DNA of 64,000 nucleotides, from contig JBGANV010000001.1 of the NCBI GenBank assembly GCA_044222185.1, positions 672,001-736,000 of the forward strand, written 5' to 3'. The notes beneath the pieces were generated by a model, which was not told where the DNA came from, ran no database searches, and saw only the letters and a list, made by a program, of their open reading frames with translations. The DNA comes from Planctomycetota bacterium (GTDB taxonomy: Bacteria; Planctomycetota; GCA-002687715; CAIWVZ01). A program made the position numbers and the translations under genes. Positions 29,962 to 39,947 of this stretch are shown one piece after another; position 1 is the first letter of the stretch; each line of letters opens with the position of its first letter.

Positions 29962-31134
29962 CTACGGGGAGCGCGTCAGCCGCCGCGCCACTTCCGCGAT
30001 GACGGGCTCTTCGACCGCGAACTGGAAGCGCAGCGCGTTCGGGCAGTTGCCCGCATAGAAGATGTTGGCGGGGATCGCAGCGACGTGGATCTCGTCGAGG
30101 AGACGGAAACAGGCGTCGTGCGGGCGCATGACGCCGAAGCGTTCCGTGTAGTCCGCGAGCATGTAGTAGGCGCCCTGGGGCATCGTCACCTTGAACCCGC
30201 CGCGTGCCAGCGCCGCGGCCAGAAGCCCTCTACGGATCGCGTAGCCGTCGCGTTGCGTCGTGTAGAACGTCTCGGGCAGCTCCCGAAGCGCGGCTGCCGC
30301 GGCTGATTGGAGCGGTCGGGGTGCACAGACACACATCACGTCGAACACGGGCCCGATCGCCCGGCTGAGCGCCGGCGGCGCCGCGAGCCAGCCGAGCCGC
30401 CAGCCGGTGATCGAATAGGCCTTGCTCAGTCCAGAGATGGTGACCGTGCGATCGAAGAGCCTGGGATGTGTGGCTGGCGGAACGTGAACCCTGCCGTCGT
30501 AGACCAGGTCCTCGTAGATCTCGTCAGTGACGACGACTGCCGGCGTCGGCTCCACCATGTCCGCGAGGCGGCCGATCTCGTCCTTGGTCCACACCTTGCC
30601 GAGCGGGTTCGAGGGCGTGTTGACGACGACCATGCGCGTCCGATCGGACAGTGCCGACGCGAGCGCCTTCCAGTCGATCGCTCCCGTGTCGGCGTCGATC
30701 GAGACCGTGCGAACGACCGCGCCCGCGAGGATCGCCGTGCTGCGGTGGTAGGGGTAGAACGGCTCGAACAACAGGACTTCGTCGCCCGGGTCGAGCAGCG
30801 TCATCAGAGCCGCCGTGTAGGCCATGCTCGAACCGATGGTGACGACGATGTCGTCAACGTCGTAGTTCAGGCCGTAGCGGCGTTTCGTCCTGGTGGAGAT
30901 CTCCTCGCGCAGCGGAACGAGACCGCCGTAGGGCGTGTAGGTCTGGCGCTCGCGGAAGAGGGCTTCGACGGCGCCGAGTCGAAGCGGGCGTGGCATCTCG
31001 AGATCGCACACTCCCTGGCCCAGATTGATTCCGTCTGGGAAGGCCGCGACCTTCGTCGTGAGCGCGCGCAGGAGTCCGGCTTCACGCAGGTGAGAGGATC
31101 GTTGCGACAGCCGCGGAACTGGTGGGTTCGACAT
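29962..31134 (-). CDS. PLP-dependent aminotransferase class I/II
   Basis: INLGQG, NTPSNPLG, DEIY, SKAYSITGWRLG (PLP lysine). Confidence 0.93.
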   Translation of the reverse strand: MSNPPVPRLSQRSSHLREAGLLRALTTKVAAFPDGINLGQGVCDLEMPRPLRLGAVEALFRERQTYTPYGGLVPLREEISTRTKRRYGLNYDVDDIVVTIGSSMAYTAALMTLLDPGDEVLLFEPFYPYHRSTAILAGAVVRTVSIDADTGAIDWKALASALSDRTRMVVVNTPSNPLGKVWTKDEIGRLADMVEPTPAVVVTDEIYEDLVYDGRVHVPPATHPRLFDRTVTISGLSKAYSITGWRLGWLAAPPALSRAIGPVFDVMCVCAPRPLQSAAAAALRELPETFYTTQRDGYAIRRGLLAAALARGGFKVTMPQGAYYMLADYTERFGVMRPHDACFRLLDEIHVAAIPANIFYAGNCPNALRFQFAVEEPVIAEVARRLTRSP

Positions 31135-31181
31135 CGGAGTGGCGTGAGCATACCCGGGGACGCGACGTGGCACCGCCCGAG

Positions 31182-33644
31182 TCAGCTGGACGCGTTCGCG
31201 GCGGTCGCCGCCTGCCCTGCGGCGGCTCCGCCGTCTGCGAAGCGGATCGTCGCCCGCACTTCGACGACATCCGCGCCGATGCGCTCGAAATCGAGGGCGT
31301 AGCTGCCGCTCAGCAGCTCACGGGTGACCCGCGCCGCAAGCCAGGTCCCGATGCCGCGCAGTCCGCGCTGATCCACCGTTTCGACGAGCTGGAGGAACAT
31401 GGTGTCGGTCTGTCCGCCGGTCACGCGAGCCGCGATACGTCGGGCCTCGTCCAGGTTCCGGAGCGACGCGTCGTCCCCATGGGTCTGGTTTCGGACGACG
31501 ATCTCGAACGTTCGCGATGTGGGGTCCCAGTCCGCGGTGACTCGCTGGAATCCGATGCCGTAGCGGACGGAGTTCGAGATCGCGCATGAGAGCACGGCGT
31601 TCAACGCAGTCTGGTCCGTGGCGGCGATGAGCGCGCCGGCCGCTCGCGGCGAGACGTCGATGGTGGGAGGGTCGACTTCGCCCGTGAGAAGCATCGCGCG
31701 GCGGACGGCCGTGTGCAGGACTCCGGCGAACGGTTCCTGACAGGCGCCCGCGGGGCTCGGCCGGGAGACATGGCGCGAGAACTGGTGGAGGATCCACAGC
31801 TGCTCGTAGAAGACCTCGATCAGCTCGCGGAGCTCGCCGTTTCCGGTCGTTGCTGCCGCCTGGCGGCAATCCTCCACGACCTTGATGAGCTGGTGGATCG
31901 GACCGACGCCGGCGGAGGCCCAGGCGATGAGGACCGCGCGCTGGGCAGCGCGCTCGATGGAGACGCTGGCGGCAGCGAGTGTCCGCGCGAGGGCGTCGAG
32001 CTGGATGATCAGTCCCGGTCGCACGACGGGCGGAGTCTTCGTCCAGGCGACGAGGACGAGCCCTCGGACCGTGCGGACTTCGCTTCCACCCGTCTTTGGC
32101 GGCCACAGCGGCAGCACGGCCGCGAGGCACTCGGAATGATCCCCGAGCGCGGCCTGGACGAGGTCGGAGAACGTTCCGACGAGGTCGCGCGCGACCGGCT
32201 CCCGCGTCACGGGGTGATGGTGGTCGTCGGCGTCGACGATCAGGCGCGACGCGGTCTTTCGGCCCTCTCGCCGCTGTTCGACGAGGACGACGCGGACACC
32301 CGGGGATTCCCGGAAGACGGTCATCATCCGTCCGACGCCACGTGCCTCGACCGTGAAGTTGGCGCGGGGCTCGTTGCGGCGCCAGACTCGCGCTTCGCGA
32401 TCCACCTCGTCGGGCGAGATGATCAAGGCGGCATCCGCGTGCAGGTGGCCCGCGAGGTACCGGAGCCGCTCGTCGAGCGCGGTTTCGCGGGGGATCATGG
32501 GCATGGTCGCGAGTCGGTGCGTGCCCGATCGTCCCTCGATGGCGTCTTCGATCGCCTCGTGCGCGAGGCTGTCATTCAACACCCGCTCGATGAGTGGGAT
32601 CATGCGCCACAACGATGGCGTCGACGGAGGCATCTCGGCTGCAGCGAACGAGAGGATGCCAGCGAGTTTGCGCGCGGAGAACAGCGGCACGGAGAGGGCG
32701 AACTTCGCGCCATCGAGCCGTGGGACGAGACGCCGCCAGCGTTCGCCGTCGTCGGGCTTGACGACCACGCTCGTGAGGGTCCGCGAAACATAGGTTGCAA
32801 GGGGACGGAAGACGTCCTGGCCGGTCGTGTCGGGTCCGTCACCGATTCGCCCGAACGCATGGATGAGGGCCGGTTCCGGTCGTTCAGGACGCCATTCGTA
32901 CGGCACGTGCCACGTGACGACCGCTCCCCGCGTCGGAAGCCCGCAGCAGTCGATCACGAAATGGGAGAGCTGCTCGAACGCCTTGCGTACGGCCTCGTGG
33001 CGCGCGGGGCGTGCGGCGGCGAGGTTCGCGTCCTGTGCGAGGTTCAGCGCGATCTGGTCGAGCCGGCGGAACTTGGCGGCGGTCGCCCGAGGGTTCAGCA
33101 GTTTCAGCAGGGGCTCGTGCGTCGTGATGGCGCGCCGCTCGCGTTCGAGCAGCTTGCGCGTCTCGTCCGCGAGGGCCGCGAGATCGGGCTCGGTTCGCGC
33201 CTCGGTGTAGCTGAGGAACACCTCGAGGAGCGTGGGCATCAGCACGATGCGGCTGATCTTCTCGAAGCCCTTCGTGCGGACGGAGAGCCGGATGAGCGAT
33301 CGGACGCGGTGGACGCGGGCGAAGCGGCTCTCCTCCCAGTCCTTCGCGTGGGTCACGTCGGGGATCAGCTTGGTCGGCAGTTCGTCGGTTGCCGAAAAGA
33401 GCGTGATCGAATGAGGCGCCAGCGGACCGCGCATGTGCGGGGCGTAACGGGGATCGATGTTCCGGGTTGCGAGGATCTGATAGCTGCTGCGGACGAAGGG
33501 AGAGCCCGGTTCGGAGAGGTAGATCGTGATGACGTCCGCGCGCGAGACCTCGGCGATCGTGTCGAGGAGTCGCGTGGGGAAGAGGGCGCCGTCGCGGCGA
33601 CTGCGCCTCGGCACGCCCGAGCCGTCATCGGGGGCGGGGGTCAC
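31182..33644 (-). CDS. Divergent soluble sensor histidine kinase-like protein (about three GAF-like domains plus HisKA/HATPase-like end)
   Basis: GAF-like strands (ADVITIYL; ALSVPLFSARKLAGILSF; AVLPL...RGLVLV); possible H-box GPIHQL; N-box AISNSVRYG; G-box GLRGIGTWLA. GTG start inferred 2 bp after the upstream stop. Confidence 0.6.
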   Translation of the reverse strand: MTPAPDDGSGVPRRSRRDGALFPTRLLDTIAEVSRADVITIYLSEPGSPFVRSSYQILATRNIDPRYAPHMRGPLAPHSITLFSATDELPTKLIPDVTHAKDWEESRFARVHRVRSLIRLSVRTKGFEKISRIVLMPTLLEVFLSYTEARTEPDLAALADETRKLLERERRAITTHEPLLKLLNPRATAAKFRRLDQIALNLAQDANLAAARPARHEAVRKAFEQLSHFVIDCCGLPTRGAVVTWHVPYEWRPERPEPALIHAFGRIGDGPDTTGQDVFRPLATYVSRTLTSVVVKPDDGERWRRLVPRLDGAKFALSVPLFSARKLAGILSFAAAEMPPSTPSLWRMIPLIERVLNDSLAHEAIEDAIEGRSGTHRLATMPMIPRETALDERLRYLAGHLHADAALIISPDEVDREARVWRRNEPRANFTVEARGVGRMMTVFRESPGVRVVLVEQRREGRKTASRLIVDADDHHHPVTREPVARDLVGTFSDLVQAALGDHSECLAAVLPLWPPKTGGSEVRTVRGLVLVAWTKTPPVVRPGLIIQLDALARTLAAASVSIERAAQRAVLIAWASAGVGPIHQLIKVVEDCRQAAATTGNGELRELIEVFYEQLWILHQFSRHVSRPSPAGACQEPFAGVLHTAVRRAMLLTGEVDPPTIDVSPRAAGALIAATDQTALNAVLSCAISNSVRYGIGFQRVTADWDPTSRTFEIVVRNQTHGDDASLRNLDEARRIAARVTGGQTDTMFLQLVETVDQRGLRGIGTWLAARVTRELLSGSYALDFERIGADVVEVRATIRFADGGAAAGQAATAANASS

Positions 33645-33646
33645 GT

Positions 33647-34147
33647 TCAGCGGCCCTGTGCCGCCGCTGCCGTGAGTTCGTCGAGTACCCGCTTGGCGAG
33701 TTCGGAAACGTCGCCGCCTCGCGAGAAGAACTCGGATCGGAGCTTCAGGTCGGCCAGTGCCGTCCGCAGCTCCGGCAGCGGAACGGCGCCGTAGTCGACG
33801 CACACCGAGCACACGGCGATGCAACGGACCCCGCGTGGCTTGGGTACCCGCGGTCCGTGGGACCCGAACAGGTTTCGGGCCACGAGCTGCTTCAGGAGTC
33901 CGAGACCGGCCGACTTCAGGGGGTCGTGGTCGACGCCGTCGATCAAGAGATCGGTGACCATCCAATCGAACCATGTCTCCTGACGGTCGAGTTGGTCCAG
34001 GATCTGAGTTGGTGATCGGCGCAGGTCGAACTTCGTGACGTCGATCGTGAGCCCACGACGCTTCGCCTCGTCGATGAACAGTCGCTGCTGATAGTCGAGC
34101 GAGCTCGGGCGGTCTTGCACGAGGAGGATGCGGGGAGCGGGAGTCAT
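33647..34147 (-). CDS. Atypical single-domain response regulator (receiver-like)
   Basis: RILLVQD (beta1 acidic pocket), FDWMVTDL (phosphoacceptor Asp), GLGLLKQL, IAVCS. Confidence 0.6.
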   Translation of the reverse strand: MTPAPRILLVQDRPSSLDYQQRLFIDEAKRRGLTIDVTKFDLRRSPTQILDQLDRQETWFDWMVTDLLIDGVDHDPLKSAGLGLLKQLVARNLFGSHGPRVPKPRGVRCIAVCSVCVDYGAVPLPELRTALADLKLRSEFFSRGGDVSELAKRVLDELTAAAAQGR

Positions 34148-34287
34148 TGGGATCCTTCGGAACGAGGGAAACTCGGTCGGCCTGCGCTTCCGGTTGCGCC
34201 TGAAACGGCAACGGCGCCCGAGCCCGGAAAGGCCCGCATTCTATTCCGCCGGGGGACGCCCCGCGACCCGGCCGCCGCGCCGGGCGG

Positions 34288-34350
34288 GGAGCGCCAGTCC
34301 TCCACCGTCCCGGCGGGGACTGGCCGGATCGCCGCGCGTCCCGCGCGGTC
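34288..34350 (+). repeat. REP-like GGAG-hairpin repeat, copy 1
   Basis: GGAGC-GCCAGTCC...GGACTGGC stem; 55/63 identical to 39411..39473. Confidence 0.75.
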
Positions 34351-34499
34351 GAACTGGGGCGGATTTGTGCCCGGTGCGAGATCACGGGCGCGGGTCTGAT
34401 CCTCGCGAGTCCCCCCGCACGTCGAAGTCGGCCGGACCGGTCGTCCTCGCTTCGCTGCGGTCGAGTGGCGCTCCGACTTTCGACCGCGCGGGGTTGGAA

Positions 34500-35597
34500 C
34501 TACCTCGGTTCGAAGTTCAGCGCCGTCTTCACGGCTGCGTCGAGCGCGCGGGGATCGAGCGTCCCGTGGTGCTGGTCGATGCGGAACCCGAAGTCCTGAC
34601 CGGATGCGCGGGTCAGCGCTTCGAGCGCCTGCGCGCGGACGACCCTCTCCGGGTCTTGCAGCCCGAGCTTCAGGGCCTTCTGCGCTGCCGTGGTCCCGAT
34701 GATCCCGAGCGCGACGCAAGCGCTGCTGCGGATCTGGATTTCCTTGTCTGCGAGAAGCGGCGAAACGTGGTCGAGCGCCTTCTCGCCGCCCAGGCGCGCG
34801 ACCGCCTCGATCGCCAACGTGCGCACCATCCACGGCTCGCTCGCCGCAAGCAGCGGCACGACGAGAGGGAACGAGCTGGCATCTCTCGCCAGCGCCAACC
34901 CCTCGGCGCACCGCGCGCGAATCCATGGCCGTTCGTTCTTCAACCCGCCGACGAGATGGACGTGCGCTTCGGGCACTCCGATCATTCCGATGGCGCGCGC
35001 GGCCTCGCCACGGATGTCGTCGGCGACGGTTTCATCCGTGAGGATGCGCTGGAGGACCGGCATCCCGGCGTCGTCGGCGATGGCTCCGAGCGCTTCACAT
35101 CCGAGCTTGCGGAGCCCATCGTTCTCGCCGACCCGTCCGGTCCATCGCGAAAGGAGCGGAATGCACCGCACGTCGCGGAGCCGCTTGAACGCTTCGACGA
35201 CCGCCTTCTTGACTTCCGTGTGCTCGCCGTCCTTCGTCTCGAGCAACGCCTCGATTCCAGGCTCGTCGCCGAACTGCCCGAGCGCCGCCGCAGCCAGCGC
35301 TCGGACGTGGATCGATGGATCGGACATGAGATGGACGGCGCTCGGTGCGAACCGGGTCGCGCCGCGAACGCGCGCCATGTGGAGGCCGATGCCGCGCAAC
35401 GCGAACGAGGAGTCGTCGAGCATCAGCAGCACGACGCCCTCGAAGATCGACTCGGGAAGGTTCGCGATCAGGTGAAGGAGCTTGTGCCGCCAGACGGAGG
35501 CCGACGCCTTGTCGTGGTACCAGGGCAGGTTCCAGTTTTGTTCGAAGAAATCGCGGAAGCCGCGGGCTTCCTCAACGATTTCAAACGCCGTCGGCAT
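34500..35597 (-). CDS. HEAT/PBS-lyase-like repeat protein
   Basis: Recurrent LxDxxxx(V/I)RxxAxxALGx(I/L)G repeats. Confidence 0.88.
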   Translation of the reverse strand: MPTAFEIVEEARGFRDFFEQNWNLPWYHDKASASVWRHKLLHLIANLPESIFEGVVLLMLDDSSFALRGIGLHMARVRGATRFAPSAVHLMSDPSIHVRALAAAALGQFGDEPGIEALLETKDGEHTEVKKAVVEAFKRLRDVRCIPLLSRWTGRVGENDGLRKLGCEALGAIADDAGMPVLQRILTDETVADDIRGEAARAIGMIGVPEAHVHLVGGLKNERPWIRARCAEGLALARDASSFPLVVPLLAASEPWMVRTLAIEAVARLGGEKALDHVSPLLADKEIQIRSSACVALGIIGTTAAQKALKLGLQDPERVVRAQALEALTRASGQDFGFRIDQHHGTLDPRALDAAVKTALNFEPR

Positions 35598-35620
35598 GGG
35601 TGATACGCTCCGAGGCGGGG

Positions 35621-35649
35621 ATTGTCGGGCACCGCCGGTCGACCGTCAA
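35621..35649 (-). promoter_or_regulatory. Sigma-70-type promoter of the HEAT gene
   Basis: Minus strand TTGACG-N17-GACAAT, ~24 bp before ATG 35597. Confidence 0.6.
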
Positions 35650-35692
35650 TACGAGTTCTTGGTTCGCCCGGGTCAAAAAAAGCCGGCCTTCA

Positions 35693-36904
35693 TCAGCTGC
35701 TCCCGCTGCCACATTCGAGGAGGAGCGAACGTGCGAAGGACACCTCGGCGGCGAGCTGGGCCTCGATCGAGGGGTCGCGGACGTCCGCCGGGAGGACATC
35801 GAACGTGTAGGTCTCCACCTCGAAATGTGACGTGAGTCCACGCCGTCGTGCGTGCGTGGCCGCGGCGATCAGGTCGCTGCGCGTCGAGGCAAGCGGCCCG
35901 GATGGGTCACGATCGATCGGCACGTGGAAGTGGCAGCGCGCCTGGCCACTCGCCGGCAGCACTCCTCCATCACGAGCCTCCGCCAGCCCGGGGAGGTCGT
36001 CAAAGGCGCGAAACCGGCCGTCTTCCCCCCGGACGACGACCTGGTGCAGAAACCTCGGCTCGTTCCAGCGGAGCAGGGCGTCCAGCTCCGCCGCCGAGGT
36101 GAAATCGAGGTGGAGGGCGCTCGAAAGCTGCATCTTCCCGATGGCGATCCCCGCGGCGGCGAGCGCATCCAGCGAGGCCAGGGGATCCTCGAAGAGGACC
36201 GCCTGATGGCAGGTGTCGTAGCAGACCGCCAGATGGCGACGCACCGCATCCGGGGCCCGCGGGCCGAACGTCCGCCGTGCCTGTTCGGCGAAGGGCCAGA
36301 GGGTGTCCTGGAAGAAATCGACCGCCTGGCGTGTGGACTGCAGCCGGCACCCGGGCTCGGGTTCGAGGCAGACGATGATCGTCTTGCCGGTGTCCTCTTC
36401 CAGTCGCGAGAGCTCGAGCGCAAGCGCGACGAGCTGACGCGCCGCGACATCATCGCGGTCGTCGACGTCGCCCCTCCAGCCCACCGGAACCGTAGATACC
36501 GTTCCAACCGTCGTGTCGTCTCCGAGCCAGTCGGCGAGGATACATGCCGCGTCGATCGTGTAGCGCAGCCGTTCGGGCTCGGTCCAGTTTGGGCGGTACA
36601 CGTTCGTCTTCACGCGCTCGGCGTGGAACGGCGCCTGGGGGAATGCGTTGAACGTGAACGGGAGCAGCCCGCTGGCCTTCATCTCGTCGGCGAGCTTCGC
36701 CACGAGGGAGGAGTCGAACGCCGCGGCGCGAACGCCGTCGTCGCCCAATCGGATCCCCACGCCGAGTGGATTCTCGCCGAGGCGCCGTGCGATGGAACCA
36801 GCGATTCCGATGGCCCGTCGAAACTCCGCCACGGTCTCCGTCGCATGGACGTTCAGGCAGTAGCCGAGCGTGGCCGGACCATGACCGATGTCTGGAAGGC
36901 GCAT
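35693..36904 (-). CDS. eboE: EboE-family TIM-barrel protein
   Basis: LGYCLNVH, FTFNAFP...FH...VKTNVYRPNW...RLRYT, LEPEPGC, CYDTCHQAV, KMQLSSAL, EPRFLHQ, RCHFHVP, EVETYT. Confidence 0.9.
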   Translation of the reverse strand: MRLPDIGHGPATLGYCLNVHATETVAEFRRAIGIAGSIARRLGENPLGVGIRLGDDGVRAAAFDSSLVAKLADEMKASGLLPFTFNAFPQAPFHAERVKTNVYRPNWTEPERLRYTIDAACILADWLGDDTTVGTVSTVPVGWRGDVDDRDDVAARQLVALALELSRLEEDTGKTIIVCLEPEPGCRLQSTRQAVDFFQDTLWPFAEQARRTFGPRAPDAVRRHLAVCYDTCHQAVLFEDPLASLDALAAAGIAIGKMQLSSALHLDFTSAAELDALLRWNEPRFLHQVVVRGEDGRFRAFDDLPGLAEARDGGVLPASGQARCHFHVPIDRDPSGPLASTRSDLIAAATHARRRGLTSHFEVETYTFDVLPADVRDPSIEAQLAAEVSFARSLLLECGSGSS

Positions 36905-37025
36905 GGGGGATGGTACCGGGGGACTCGTCCCGGCCACGCACGCGTCCCCGCTGCGACCCGGTCCGGGTTGTTGACGAGGCTGGCGGGTCGGTGCATTCTG
37001 GCCGCGATCCATCGAGGAAACCGCC

Positions 37026-38255
37026 ATGAAGTCGCTTCCCATCGCCGCACTCGTCATCGCCACATCGTCGCTCGGTCAGACGTTCAGTTATCCCGGGTTC
37101 ACCAGCATCGCAGGCCTCACACTCAACAACCACGCGGTTCAATCGGGCAACCTGCTTCGCGTCACTCCTTCGCTCATCTCGCAGCGCGGGACCGTCTGGT
37201 ACAACACGCCCGTCAACGTCGTTTCCGGATTCGAGACGACGTTTCGGTTCCAGTTCAGCGCGTTCAGCAGCGGTGGGGCCGATGGCCTGGCGTTCGTCAT
37301 CCAGTTCGATCCACGAACCACTGCGGCGCTCGGAAATCACGCCAGCGCGATGGGGTACGGCGCCTTCGTCGGGGTGACCGGCGTCGCGATCGCGAACTCG
37401 CTCGCGATCGAGCTCGACACCTTCCAGGGGACGTTCAACGGCGTCGCCGATCTCAGCGGAAACGAGGTGTCCGTTCACACGAACGGACCGCTCGAGAACG
37501 GCCAGTACGAGGGGTACTCCATCGGCCGGGCGAATGCTCCGATCAACCTGAGTGACGGTGCCGCGCACGACGTGCGCATCCGATTCACCGGCGGTCGGCT
37601 GAAAGTGTTCTTCGATGCGATCACGACAGCGACCATCGACGTTCCCTACGACTTCCTCGCCGGCGGAACGCACGTTCTCACGAGCACGCCCGTGCCGGGG
37701 CTCGCCCTGATCAACAACGCGCAGGCCTACGTGGGCTTCACCGCATCGACGGGCGGCTCCTGGGAAAACCACGACGTGCTGAACTGGTCGTGGACGTCGT
37801 TCGAGGATTGTCTGTCGGGCACGGCGGGACCCGGCGGAGCGACGGCGGAGGTGGTGCAGATCAGCGGCAACGGCGGCGGACCGGCTCGCGCGGTTGCCCT
37901 GGCCCTCAACCAGCCGTTCTCCCTCGACATCCTCGTCCCGCCGGGGAATCCGGCGCCGTCGGCCAATTTCATCCTGTTCGCGGACTTCGCGCTGCCGGCC
38001 GTCGGCGGGGGTTTTGCTCTGCCCTTCGGCTCGCTGTGTTTCACCCCGCCACTACCGGGACTGACATCGACGGCGATCACTCTGTGCGACACGTTCAATC
38101 TGGGGCTGGGCCCGCTTCTGCCCGCGGCGCCCGCCCCGTTCAGTCTGCCGTTCCCCGGTGGCATTCCCGTTCCGATCCAGTTCGTGCTTCAGGGAGCGAT
38201 CGAGACCGGTGGAGGATTCGGCATCACGAACGGGATCGTGATCACGGTGCAGTGA
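37026..38255 (+). CDS. Secreted legume (L-type) lectin-domain protein with C-terminal domain
   Basis: Signal peptide; GFETTFRF, GADGLAFVIQ, SLAIELDT, AYVGFTASTGG, HDVLNWSW. Confidence 0.9.
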   Translation: MKSLPIAALVIATSSLGQTFSYPGFTSIAGLTLNNHAVQSGNLLRVTPSLISQRGTVWYNTPVNVVSGFETTFRFQFSAFSSGGADGLAFVIQFDPRTTAALGNHASAMGYGAFVGVTGVAIANSLAIELDTFQGTFNGVADLSGNEVSVHTNGPLENGQYEGYSIGRANAPINLSDGAAHDVRIRFTGGRLKVFFDAITTATIDVPYDFLAGGTHVLTSTPVPGLALINNAQAYVGFTASTGGSWENHDVLNWSWTSFEDCLSGTAGPGGATAEVVQISGNGGGPARAVALALNQPFSLDILVPPGNPAPSANFILFADFALPAVGGGFALPFGSLCFTPPLPGLTSTAITLCDTFNLGLGPLLPAAPAPFSLPFPGGIPVPIQFVLQGAIETGGGFGITNGIVITVQ

Positions 38256-39387
38256 CACTCGACCGGCCGAGGGCGGCGCGCACCTCATGGAGGACGTCGG
38301 CGTCGGCCTCGGCTGCGCTCGTGTGCGCGAGCGCGGCGTGCGCCGCAGCGCCACCGAGTCGTCCGAGGGCCCACGCCGCAGCGCCGCGTACGACTGGCGC
38401 GCGGTGCGAGAGCGCCCGGGTGACGGCCGGGACGAGGCCGCCGTCACCCGAGTTGCCTGCGGCGATGAGTACGTTGCGCAGGAAGCGCGCGTGTCCGATC
38501 CGTGCGATCGTCGACCCGCGGAACGTCGCCGTGAAGTCGGCTTCGCTCGATGCGAGCCACGACTCCAGGGTTCGACCCTGCAAGCCCGCGCGGGGCTGGA
38601 ACGGTTCGCTCGCAGGTCGCTGAGCGAATCGGTTCCACGGGCACACGAGCTGGCAGTCGTCGCACCCGAAGATGCGGTTGCCGATGGCTTCGCGGAATTC
38701 CAGGGGGATCGGGCCTTCGAGCTCGATCGTCAAGTACGAGATGCAGCGCCGAGCGTCGAGCACGTAGGGCGCGACGATGGCGTCCGTCGGGCATGCGGCG
38801 ATACATCGCGTGCAGTGACCGCAGCGATCCTTCGCCAACGATCCCGTTGGCGGCAACTTCGCTCCCAAGAGGATCATCCCGAGAAAGAACCACGATCCGC
38901 GGCCCTGCCGGATGAAATTCGTGTGCTTGCCGATGAACCCGAGCCCCGCCATCACCGCGGCGTGCTTCTCGTTGAAAGGGCCCGCGTCGACGAACGCTCG
39001 CGTGTGGATCGCTGGGAACGCGCCTCGGATCTTCATCTCGACCGCTCGCAGACGCTCGCCCAGCGTCACGTGGTAGTCGTCGATGATGGCGTAGCGGGAG
39101 ATGTTTCCCACCGCCGCGTCCGTCGGGCTGTCGCCGCCGTCCCCGTACTCGGCCGCGACGGCGAGCACGGACTCGACCCGCTTGAACAAGATCTTGGGAT
39201 CACGCCGCCGCGTTGCGTGGTGCGTGAGGTATCGCATCTCACCGTGGAAGCCGCGCTCGAGCCACGCGTCGAGGTGTGGATCCTTCAGGGCCTCCATGGA
39301 CGCGATGCCAGCCAGGTCGAACCCGCCGTCGCGCGCGAGCCCGACGATCCTGTCGGCCGTCGATCGATCGTCGGGTCCGTGGTTCAC
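38242..39387 (-). CDS. queG: Epoxyqueuosine reductase
   Basis: GFHGEMRYL, ISRYA..DYH, GLGFIGKH, CGHCTRCIAACPT, DARRCISYLTIE, FGCDDCQLVCPWN. Confidence 0.96.
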   Translation of the reverse strand: MNHGPDDRSTADRIVGLARDGGFDLAGIASMEALKDPHLDAWLERGFHGEMRYLTHHATRRRDPKILFKRVESVLAVAAEYGDGGDSPTDAAVGNISRYAIIDDYHVTLGERLRAVEMKIRGAFPAIHTRAFVDAGPFNEKHAAVMAGLGFIGKHTNFIRQGRGSWFFLGMILLGAKLPPTGSLAKDRCGHCTRCIAACPTDAIVAPYVLDARRCISYLTIELEGPIPLEFREAIGNRIFGCDDCQLVCPWNRFAQRPASEPFQPRAGLQGRTLESWLASSEADFTATFRGSTIARIGHARFLRNVLIAAGNSGDGGLVPAVTRALSHRAPVVRGAAAWALGRLGGAAAHAALAHTSAAEADADVLHEVRAALGRSSVTAP

Positions 39388-39410
39388 GGTGCGATGCTAA
39401 CGACCTCACC

Positions 39411-39473
39411 GGAGCGCCAGTCCTCCGCCGTCTCGGCGGCGCCTGGCCGGATCGCCTCGCGCCGCGTGCGGTC
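39411..39473 (+). repeat. REP-like GGAG-hairpin repeat, copy 2 (degenerate stem)
   Basis: 55/63 identical to 34288..34350. Confidence 0.75.
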
Positions 39474-39947
39474 CGGTCGGTGTGAATCGGGGCCGGGCAA
39501 GGGATCACTGGTGCCCCAGATGCTCACCGAGCCCCCCTCCGATCACGGAGACCCGTGGGATCCCTCGTCGCCGTCGCTGCGTCTCATGCCGCACGCCAGG
39601 CTGTGGCCCTCCGTGACCCGCGGCGTCAGGACCTGTGCGTCTCGCCGACAAACCCGCCGATCGTTGATACGCCGTGCGCTCGACGACGACAGGTGGCGTG
39701 ATGGCTGCAACCAAGACGACGGGCGTGCGTCGGGCGGAGCGGGCCACGCGCGTCCCCACATCGGAATCGCGAGCGTCGGGTCGCCTGGCGTCGATCGTCG
39801 CGCCATCGCCCAAGCCACCACCGTCGACTCGCGGAAGAACCCTGCGACCAGCCGCCTCAGGGTGAATGCGGCCGGTGCCGAGTCGGCGTTCAACTCCGAG
39901 CGGCGCCGTGGCCAACCACGCGAAGCGCGACCGGGCGCCGGCGACAT

